10,558 nt of DNA from an uncultured bacterium. GTDB lineage: Bacteria; SAR324; NAC60-12. The translations under genes and the position numbers were made by a program. The stretch covers positions 1-10,558 of the forward strand of contig CAXGMD010000098.1 in assembly GCA_964010765.1 (NCBI GenBank). Reading direction: 5' to 3'. Below are positions 1 to 7,145 of the stretch, piece after piece. The notes beneath the pieces were generated by a model. It was not told the DNA's origin. It made no database searches and worked only from the letters and a program-made list of their open reading frames with translations. Position 1 is the stretch's first letter; each line of letters opens with the position of its first letter.

Positions 1-421
1 CCAGAGACGTGTTGCTCCAGAGAAACTGATCAATCAATTCATCAAGTTCTTCCGGGTTCTTCTCGATCGCGTCCAGCAGTGGAGTCGCGTGATAGTGCTC
101 GAAGATTTTCAGGTGCTTGACTAGCTGATTCAGTGCCCTCAGTGATGTCTGATAGTCACAAGCTTCCAGAGTCTTGTCTCTCAATTCAATGTACTGCTTC
201 ACTGTCGAATCTACTCGCATTTGCAAACGCTCTCTACGAGCGTTCTGAGCATCCTGAAGGCTATGTTTGACTTTGGTATTTCTCAGTAGTCCGTAAGCTA
301 TTTCTGCCGGATGCTTGGTCTTGTAGCCTGCCCGCAGAACTGCCTGTGAACCGTTACCATCTACCTGATATTCTTCGACAAATCGTTGCTGCTTGAAGGT
401 GAGATTTGAAGATGCATTCAA
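1..421 (-). CDS. terS: Phage terminase small subunit (Terminase_2/PF03592-like), 3' end outside the window
   Basis: Manual translation from TTG at 421 is open to position 1: LNASSNLTFKQQRFVEEYQVDGNGSQAVLRAGYKTKHPAEIAYGLLRNTKVKHSLQDAQNARRERLQMRVDSTVKQY... This matches the TerS N-terminal HTH pattern LTxKQxxFVxEYxxDxNxxQAxxRAGY...A.xLL.N, followed by helical segments. It is absent from the ORF track, presumably because no stop codon lies inside the window. The start is uncertain: the frame is open up to 502, and 421 is the first ATG/GTG/TTG in it. Confidence 0.85.
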   Translation of the reverse strand, partial: MNASSNLTFKQQRFVEEYQVDGNGSQAVLRAGYKTKHPAEIAYGLLRNTKVKHSLQDAQNARRERLQMRVDSTVKQYIELRDKTLEACDYQTSLRALNQLVKHLKIFEHYHATPLLDAIEKNPEELDELIDQFLWSNTSL

Positions 422-451
422 ATGAAGGGTGGGTGCCTTTGGTCCTGTCCC

Positions 452-786
452 CCCTTCGATAGAGTGGACATGTTTTGGTAAGTCTCTGTGAAGAACAAAT
501 GGCTACCGTCGGATTACTGAACCATATGAGTGATGAGTTCAACAGGCTGATTCCGGTAAATCCTACATGAATTCAGTTCACTAAACTCAAAGTATTATAC
601 CACAATTGGGCTGAAGTCTAAAGACGATCTGGCGGAAGTGAAGAGTAGTAGTGAAGAGTAGCTCTGAGAGGCTTGTGGGACGTGTTCGTGCTGGCTTTTG
701 AAAGCAAAACAGAGTTGAGGGTCTACTTGTTCAGTCTGCGTTACTGAAGGATCTGGAGTAGTTCGATTGGGAGAGATTTGAGGAAG
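452..786. repeat. Copy A of a diverged ~340-bp direct repeat (partner at 6674-7035)
   Basis: Ungapped collinear blocks counted by hand: 452-488 vs 6674-6710 (29/37), 569-627 vs 6837-6895 (46/59), 741-762 vs 6992-7013 (18/22), with weaker similarity between and beyond them. Confidence 0.85.
594..622 (-). promoter_or_regulatory. Putative sigma70 promoter with extended -10, upstream of terS
   Basis: Minus strand reads TTTAGA (622-617), a 17-nt spacer ending in TGG, then TATAAT (599-594), giving TGnTATAAT. The layout is conserved in the paralogous copy at 6862-6890. Confidence 0.65.
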
Positions 787-966
787 CGCATCGTAGGTTC
801 GCTAAACCGTATTGATTACCCACTGCTATCAGGACCTTACTCGAAACCTTTCAGCCAGCTGGTGATCTGCCAAAGCAGGGAGCAAGCTGAATGTGGGGTG
901 ACTCTTCCTCAATTTGTAAGGTGAGCACCAAGCCGATGTGGACTTGGTACTTTTGGTTAGTTGGGG

Positions 967-1329
967 TTACTGGAAATCTGCTGGGACGGTGCTTTCGCCC
1001 GAAACATCTGACCCCCAGCATTGAATACTCCCTTCCGTTTTGACTGCGCAGAAGTAATCATATCCAGCACTAATGCTGCTGACTATTCCCAGATTTGGTG
1101 GAACAGTAGCTGCGGAATTTAGTGCCCAGCACTAAGCAGTCCGATCCGCCTTTACAGCACAGGTATTAGCACCAAATCCAGCGTTAATGCTGCTGACTGG
1201 TCCTAGATCATTAGGCATAGTACTTTGGCCCTAGCATTGAACTGTACAATCTGTTTTAATTGCGCAGGTGTGAGAAAGACCTGCGCTAGTGCTGCTGACT
1301 GGTCCTAGATCATTAGGCACGTCTGTCAT
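967..1329 (-). pseudogene. Decayed C-terminal fragment of an RCC1/BLIP-II-like repeat protein (3 short repeats)
   Basis: Single-frame translation: MTDVPNDLGPVSSTSAGLSHTCAIKTDCTVQC*GQSTMPNDLGPVSSINAGFGANTCAVKADRTA*CWALNSAATVPPNLGIVSSISAGYDYFCAVKTEGSIQCWGSDVSGESTVPADFQ*. It carries the motif S-AG..HTCA....G.VQCWG. In-frame TAG stops fall at 1233-1231 (conserved W position) and 1134-1132 (conserved Q position). Confidence 0.88.
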
Positions 1330-1381
1330 ATCCTACTAATTTTAATCTCGAAAAATAATTGGAAAAGGAAAACACAGAGTT

Positions 1382-2266
1382 ATGCTAAATGTAAAATACA
1401 AATCAGTGTCAATCCCAAATAATTTTTGGGAATACATTGTTGAGTCTAAAATAACTCTCACAATCTGTTACCTACTTATCCTCAATAATTCTATATTTTT
1501 ATTAAAAGCTGCTCCAGAGGCTGACCTCTGGACAAGGTGGACAAAACACCAATCCAATTCAGTCCAAAAAATAAATCACAAACAATGGGCAACATTTCTC
1601 GACCGAAACCTAATAACTAACGATAAATCAAATATATACCTTGTGCCCTATTCACGAGTCACAAATAAAGACAGGAAAATTTTACAAAATTATCTAAAAT
1701 ATTTAGAAAATATAAACATATCAAATTATTCGCGATCAGAACAATTTGCTTATTGGATTAACCACTACAATGCTAGAACTGTAGAACTGATTTTGGAAAA
1801 TTATCCAATTGATTCTATCAAAAATATTTCGTTTAGTTTCTTCAGTTTTGGACCTTGGGACGAGGAATTAATTACAGTTGAGGGCATCGATCTTAGTTTA
1901 AATGATATTGAACATAGAATACTTAGGCCCATTTGGAAAGATCCAAGGATTCACTATGCAGTCAACTGTGCGAGTATGGGTTGTCCTAACTTGCTACCTA
2001 AACCGTTTACTGCTGAAACAAATGAAATGCTACTGGATGAGGCAGCCAAGGGTTATGTGAATCATCCACGTGGAGTAAGATTTGAAGATGAAAAACTAGT
2101 CCTATCTAAAATATTTGATTGGTACCTTGTTGATTTTGGTGGGTCGACTGACAATTTACTTCAGCATATTTTAGAATATAGTGAATCACAGTTGTATCAA
2201 AAAATTAAACAATATAAAGGGAAATTGGAATATGAATACAATTGGCAATTAAATGAAATAAGGTAG
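1382..2266 (+). CDS. DUF547 domain protein, probably exported
   Basis: 294-aa ORF with DUF547 motifs FAYWINHYNA, LSLNDIEHRILR, DPRIHYAVNCASMGCPNL and LSKIFDWYLVDFG. A hydrophobic N-terminal stretch precedes APEADLW. The exact start is uncertain. Confidence 0.9.
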   Translation: MLNVKYKSVSIPNNFWEYIVESKITLTICYLLILNNSIFLLKAAPEADLWTRWTKHQSNSVQKINHKQWATFLDRNLITNDKSNIYLVPYSRVTNKDRKILQNYLKYLENINISNYSRSEQFAYWINHYNARTVELILENYPIDSIKNISFSFFSFGPWDEELITVEGIDLSLNDIEHRILRPIWKDPRIHYAVNCASMGCPNLLPKPFTAETNEMLLDEAAKGYVNHPRGVRFEDEKLVLSKIFDWYLVDFGGSTDNLLQHILEYSESQLYQKIKQYKGKLEYEYNWQLNEIR

Positions 2267-2371
2267 ACCAAACATATTATTAAAATTATGATTTCATATT
2301 AATTTTTAATTGCGCACAATCTTTTCGACAGGTAAATTAATAGTGCAATTATGAGAATTTGGATAGTCAAT

Positions 2372-2425
2372 TTGCCGTGAAAATCAATTCTATGAAAATT
2401 GATTTTAAGTTTTGGCAACTTTTTT
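2372..2425. terminator. Possible terminator hairpin between convergent genes
   Basis: AAAATCAATT (2380-2389) and AATTGATTTT (2397-2406) form a perfect 10-bp inverted repeat. Outer arms TTGCC (2372-2376) and GGCAA (2414-2418) are followed by a T run at 2420-2425. The stem is AT-rich, so this is a weak call. Confidence 0.4.
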
Positions 2426-2446
2426 ATCGTCTAAAAAGTGTTTAAT

Positions 2447-3940
2447 TCATACTTGAAATGCAATAATTGTGATATCATCTCTCTGTGCCATCTGTCCTTT
2501 GAAATTTTCTAAATCAGAGAGTATTTGCTGTACCAAAAAATTGGTGTTTAATTCCCCTTTTTCAATTATTGAAATCATCCTTTTTTTAGAGTAAATTTTA
2601 TTAGCAGAATTATTTTGATCAAAAATACCATCGGTAGTCAGAATAATGATATCATTTTTAAATAAATCAACAGTTTTCTCATAGAAAACTACATCTTTTT
2701 TATATCCAACTGTCTTCCGCGTTCCACTGTACTCGTCGACTTTACCATTCTCCCTTTTAATAAAAAGCGGAGTTTTAGCACTCACAAAACTTAAACTCTT
2801 ATTATTTTCATTCAGTTTAAATATCAGACCGTCAAAGCCTTCATTTGATAGCTTATCTTTATTGTTTTTTTGAGTATTTACAAAGTTATTATTTATTTCT
2901 GCAAGTACCTTTGAAAGATTAATAGATTCTTTTGTTCTTTGGTTGATAATACTATTAAACATTGTCACTGTAATCATTGATACTAATGAGCCTGGTATAC
3001 CGTGTCCAGTACAATCAATAATTGCAAAGTAAAAATTATTACCATCCGAGAAATTCCAATAAATATCTCCTCCAAGCCTATCCTTCGGTTGCCAAAAGAT
3101 AAAATAATTCTTGAAAAACTTCTCGTGGTTTTCACCTGTTGGCAAGAGGCTTTGTTGAATGGATGAAGCGTATTTCACACTATCGTCAATTGTTTTTTTT
3201 GCTTCCAATAAATCTTTCGTCCTTTGATCAATAACTGATTCAAGTTGCCCTTTTATTAAATAATTTTTATAATTTAAAAGTATTAGGAGCAGACTTGAGA
3301 TAACAAGTAATAATAACGGTGTGATAATGCTTTTAAAAAAATTTACTTTTTCAGCTGCATCAGAAACCGATGCAATATAGATTCTTACTCCATTTCTTTC
3401 AGGTAGTATTAATGTGTAAAGGTTTTTACTATAACCCATCCAATCGTATCTTAAAATAAAAAGATTCTTACTCAATTCAGTGTAAATTGTATTATCAAAC
3501 TTTCGGTCAAGATCTAAAATATCTTCATCGATTTTACTATTTGTTTGAGAAACAAATTTTGCAGCACTTTCAATTTGTTTCAGGACATTTTCAATTAAAT
3601 GATCAAATTCTTGTACTGGTAGATTCGAATACTCTTCTCCATACTCATCCAAAAGATAATTATCGAACCTACTGCTAATATGATCTTTTTCGACAGAGAA
3701 AAAATTTCCGCTGCCAGGCCAAAAGTAGATATTTTTTGTTGCTGCATCTTTTTTGAATACGGGAAGGTCTTTTGATTCTAATATAGTTGATTTTGCTAAT
3801 ACACTTATTGCTTCAGTTTGAACTGTATTAGAATCTAAATTATTTTTTATAGTTAAACCTAACCATCCAATTTCTATGAGAATCGCTAAGAGTATTATTA
3901 AATTTTTAAAATGTCCTATTGTATTAATAACTAGCTTCAT
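2447..3940 (-). CDS. Membrane-anchored SpoIIE/RsbU-family PP2C serine phosphatase with an extracytoplasmic sensor region
   Basis: 497 aa. Two hydrophobic segments (LIILLAILIEIGWLGL and IITPLLLLVISSLLLILL) flank a ~175-aa domain, followed by a coiled-coil linker (LESVIDQRTKDLLEAKK) and PP2C motifs ASSIQQSLLP, LGGDIYW, IIDCTGHGIPG, LTTDGIFDQ and QRDDITII. An SD-like GAGGG lies upstream of the ATG. Confidence 0.92.
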   Translation of the reverse strand: MKLVINTIGHFKNLIILLAILIEIGWLGLTIKNNLDSNTVQTEAISVLAKSTILESKDLPVFKKDAATKNIYFWPGSGNFFSVEKDHISSRFDNYLLDEYGEEYSNLPVQEFDHLIENVLKQIESAAKFVSQTNSKIDEDILDLDRKFDNTIYTELSKNLFILRYDWMGYSKNLYTLILPERNGVRIYIASVSDAAEKVNFFKSIITPLLLLVISSLLLILLNYKNYLIKGQLESVIDQRTKDLLEAKKTIDDSVKYASSIQQSLLPTGENHEKFFKNYFIFWQPKDRLGGDIYWNFSDGNNFYFAIIDCTGHGIPGSLVSMITVTMFNSIINQRTKESINLSKVLAEINNNFVNTQKNNKDKLSNEGFDGLIFKLNENNKSLSFVSAKTPLFIKRENGKVDEYSGTRKTVGYKKDVVFYEKTVDLFKNDIIILTTDGIFDQNNSANKIYSKKRMISIIEKGELNTNFLVQQILSDLENFKGQMAQRDDITIIAFQV

Positions 3941-4456
3941 CTGGATCCCTCTGTGTCTGTAATTATTTGGCTGAGATGCCTAATGTAGAAATGTAACTTG
4001 CGGTTACCGCCTGTTGGATCGAAAAAGAATGCTGCTTGTCACAGCCCATCTGTAAACCAACTCATCAGCCATCGCATCCAAAAGGTCATGAGCCTTGCAC
4101 CGATCCCACAATCTGATACCGAATTAGTTGTAGTCTTCAATGCTGCTTTTTGAGGGAATTTGATTTTCACAATTTTCGGCACTTTGCTTTCTTTTTTGTG
4201 AGAGATTTGAAGACAGAAGACATTGATACAAACCAACAACTGTAATTTCCTGTTATTCCTAGAAAAGTAGAGTTGCGACAATTTTCAAGGGAAGTTAAGA
4301 TCCGAAATTCTAAGTATTGATTTTCTAATCCTTGATCTGATAGGTAAGGGATCATATCTGGTGACTTTTTCACGAAAATTTTTAAGCAAAAATTAATGAA
4401 CGTAAAAATTTTTCCTGAAATATTTTGTATATAATATCAAAACTCTGAATTTTCCA

Positions 4457-6313
4457 GTGTTTAATTACTACATCAGTATTTTCATATTTCTAATCTTCTC
4501 GATGGTACTATCTTTTGGATGTGCGATCCAAGATCATGATGGTAAGCAAACTGAATCGAATTCAACATTTCAGATGACTCTATCTGATGTAAATTTTCAG
4601 AGTTATCGTTTAGATAGATACGCTGGCAACTATAGCGATGTAGAAGGTGTGACCCTTTCATACAAGCGTACCGGCACAGAAAACTACGACAACGCGTCTA
4701 TGGCAAGGCAAGGGGAATTTTGGATTGCAGAGATCACCGGTATCCGATTTGGAGCAAAATATGATTTCAAAGCAATTGCCTGGCAATCAGAGCAAAATGG
4801 GAATCAATTAGTACTTTTCAGTGGAGAACAATCAGCGTTGCCAGTCGACTACAGGAATAACTCACTTACAATTATGATGATCCCCGTTAATCTTGATCCT
4901 GAAAATAAAACCATAATTCCTACTATTTCGAAGGTCACTAAACCTTCTATCTACAAAATTGATGAAAATGTAAATATTTCATATGAATTGTTAGTCACTA
5001 GTAATGACGTGGCACAATTTGAGGTAACTGCTGAAGATGATAATACGATATTAGATCGAATAAATGGTTCGACTAGTGACTTAAGTGGGACACAGATTTC
5101 TGGTAAGACCCTTTACAAAATCGATTCATCTATCCAGATAGGTTATAAAGCACCAACTGAATTAGTGATTAGAATTACTGTAAAAAATGCTCTGAATTAC
5201 ACCTACCAAATGTCTTTTACAATTCCAGTAGCAAATTCTGATTTATCAAAATCTGATCAAATTTCTTCATCAGAACATCACAGTTGTGCTTTGCGAGGAA
5301 ACAAAACTATTCAGTGTTGGGGGCGCAACCAAGTAGGACAACTTGGAGATAACACAACAAAAAGACGACTTGTGCCAGTAACTGTGACTGGAATCTCAAA
5401 CGCCATTGCTGTTAGTACCGGGGATCGGCACAATTGTGCTCTGCTCGAAGACAAAAGCGTTAAATGTTGGGGGCGTAATCTGGATGGAGAACTTGGGGAT
5501 GGGACAAACGAAAATCCTCGAAAAATCCCTGTGAATGTATATGGAGTCTCAAATGCTGTTGCAGTCGATACAGGAAATCGTCATTCATGCGCACTTTTAG
5601 ATAATCAAAGCATTGCATGCTGGGGACGTAATGACAATGGACAACTTGGAGATGGAACAACCAACAGTAGTTATGTTCCTGTAGTTGTTTCTGGAATCTC
5701 AAATGCGATCAAAATTGGTTTAGGTAGTTATCATACATGTGCGGTACTGGACAATAAAAGTGTACAGTGTTGGGGAAGAAATAATTACGGGCAACTCGGA
5801 AACGGTGAAACAACAAGTGCACAAGACAATACATCTATCCCTGCGACTTTAGTCGAAACTCAAGATGTAAAAGATGTCGATGCAAAGGGAATCAGCACTT
5901 GTGCAGTATTGGACAACAAAAGTGTGCAGTGTTGGGGAAGAAATGAATATGGGCAACTTGGAAATGGAATAACCGGTGGTAGCAGTTCTATTCCTGTGAT
6001 TGTTTCTGGAATCTCAAATGCCACTAAGATTACCAACGGATACCGCCACGCTTGTGTAATTCTCGACAATAAGAGTGTTCAATGCTGGGGAAGAAATAAC
6101 CAAGGGCAACTAGGAGACGGGACATTTGTAGACAGAAACGTTCCCACAGCAGTAACAGGAGTAAAGAATGTTGTAGAAATCGCCCCCGGATACCGTCATA
6201 CCTGTGCATTACTTGACAATGCCACTGTTCAATGTTGGGGACAAAATAACCAAGGGCAACTAGGAGACGGGACAACCAACAGTAGGACTACTCCAGCAGA
6301 AGTTCAGTTTTAA
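4457..6313 (+). CDS. Predicted lipoprotein with an N-terminal beta-rich region and a C-terminal 7-repeat RCC1-like beta-propeller
   Basis: GTG start, hydrophobic signal and lipobox-like LSFG-C22. Seven ~50-aa repeats of H.CA.LDN.SVQCWGRN..GQLG.G are present. Confidence 0.9.
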   Translation: MFNYYISIFIFLIFSMVLSFGCAIQDHDGKQTESNSTFQMTLSDVNFQSYRLDRYAGNYSDVEGVTLSYKRTGTENYDNASMARQGEFWIAEITGIRFGAKYDFKAIAWQSEQNGNQLVLFSGEQSALPVDYRNNSLTIMMIPVNLDPENKTIIPTISKVTKPSIYKIDENVNISYELLVTSNDVAQFEVTAEDDNTILDRINGSTSDLSGTQISGKTLYKIDSSIQIGYKAPTELVIRITVKNALNYTYQMSFTIPVANSDLSKSDQISSSEHHSCALRGNKTIQCWGRNQVGQLGDNTTKRRLVPVTVTGISNAIAVSTGDRHNCALLEDKSVKCWGRNLDGELGDGTNENPRKIPVNVYGVSNAVAVDTGNRHSCALLDNQSIACWGRNDNGQLGDGTTNSSYVPVVVSGISNAIKIGLGSYHTCAVLDNKSVQCWGRNNYGQLGNGETTSAQDNTSIPATLVETQDVKDVDAKGISTCAVLDNKSVQCWGRNEYGQLGNGITGGSSSIPVIVSGISNATKITNGYRHACVILDNKSVQCWGRNNQGQLGDGTFVDRNVPTAVTGVKNVVEIAPGYRHTCALLDNATVQCWGQNNQGQLGDGTTNSRTTPAEVQF

Positions 6314-6513
6314 TCCTTACTTTGTAAAAATACTTAAATTATCTTCTTTTAATATTAAGATATTGCCACCAACTCTTTCGCTGACTTTTACTCTTTTCAA
6401 GAGTTCATAACTCTTAAAGCAAATATTCTTCAACATGAACGCGAAAGCGCTGAAAAACCAAAAAAACTAGTTTTAGATACGATTTCAAATATATCTTCAG
6501 ACCATTTCAATCT

Positions 6514-6669
6514 CTAGCACTCACTGTCCCTCATTTCTCATCTTCTCATTGGCATCATGTCAATCAACGAAAATACTTCCTCCAGCGAGACAGTACTTGT
6601 TTTCTTTTTGACTCCTCCATCTTTTCCAATAATTAATAACTGAAATTCCTCACCTGAGACCGAGAACTT
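6514..6669 (-). pseudogene. C-terminal remnant of a DUF4174-family gene
   Basis: Translation KFSVSGEEFQLLIIGKDGGVKKKTSTVSLEEVFSLIDMMPMRR*EMRDSEC* matches the DUF4174 signature F..ILIGKDGGVK...E.F.LID.MPMR..EM. There is an internal TGA at 6540-6538, an in-frame TAA directly upstream (6672-6670), and no N-terminal half. Confidence 0.8.
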
Positions 6670-6673
6670 TTAT

Positions 6674-7035
6674 CCCTTCAATCAAATGAACGTGTTCTGG
6701 TAAGTCTTTGAGGAAACGATTTGCCTACGAGTGGATCACCTTTGCGAGTTTCTTCAAATGCAGAAGCATATTACTAATGATGGATTGGTTTATCAGAGAA
6801 ATGGATTTAGTCGTTTGATATCAATAAATACTATTCGAATTCGGTAATTTAAATTCATAGTTTTATACCATAGTTAGGCTGAAATCTAAAGATGAACGGA
6901 GAGATTCAAAATCTATTTAATGTGGCAGGAACCGCTGAGTCACTACTTTCACATAACATTTCTATTGACCCTGCCTTATTCAGGTAGATGTTTACTGAAT
7001 GAACAGGAGAAGTAAGTTGGAATTGTTTGCAGAAG
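6674..7035. repeat. Copy B of the diverged direct repeat (partner at 452-786)
   Basis: The same three blocks as copy A in the same order and orientation. Offsets are 6222, 6268 and 6251, so copy B has 46 extra nt between blocks 1 and 2 and 17 fewer between blocks 2 and 3. Confidence 0.85.
6862..6890 (-). promoter_or_regulatory. Putative sigma70 promoter, paralog of the terS promoter
   Basis: Minus strand reads TTTAGA (6890-6885), a 17-nt spacer ending in TGG, then TATAAA (6867-6862). Confidence 0.5.
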
Positions 7036-7145
7036 TCGATTAGTTGGGAGACTCAGTGGACATTGTTAATTTCATTTAGTGGCAGGAGTTTAGCAGTGAC
7101 AAGCTTATAGGATTACTTCAGGTCTCCCAATAAAAGTTTTTTAAC

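Noticed and set aside
354..542. 62-aa ORF from the track
   Set aside because: It overlaps terS in another frame, has no recognisable motif, and its frame is interrupted by a stop in repeat copy B.
637..661. Tandem AGTGAAGAGTAG x2 as iterons
   Set aside because: There are only two copies, and they are absent from repeat copy B. A local slippage duplication is the likeliest cause.
1132..1233. TAG recoding (alternative genetic code or amber readthrough) in the RCC1 fragment
   Set aside because: One TAG replaces a conserved Trp and the other a conserved Gln, each a single transition away. The DUF547 gene uses TAG as a normal stop. Decay is the simpler explanation.
1062..1319. CRISPR-like array: exact 30-nt repeats at 1188 and 1290, a degenerate third copy near 1074, and short palindromes
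   Set aside because: The apparent spacers are homologous to each other and too long (72 nt or more), and no cas genes are present. The whole array translates as RCC1-like repeats on the minus strand.
1254..2316. 13-bp direct repeat TTTTAATTGCGCA (1254-1266 and 2304-2316) flanking DUF547 as att sites or a target-site duplication
   Set aside because: The left copy is internal coding sequence of the RCC1 fragment (C-A-I-K), which continues on both sides of it. A 13-mer match in AT-rich DNA can arise by chance.
6030..6300. Diversity-generating retroelement TR/VR pair among the RCC1 repeats
   Set aside because: Differences between repeats include non-adenine changes (AGT/ACT, TGC/TGT), both copies lie within one ORF, and there is no reverse transcriptase in the window.
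6674..6706. LPEHVHLI as an HUH motif of an IS200/RAYT transposase
   Set aside because: Only a few residues resemble the motif, a stop lies shortly upstream, and there is no surrounding Y1 transposase sequence or catalytic Tyr helix.
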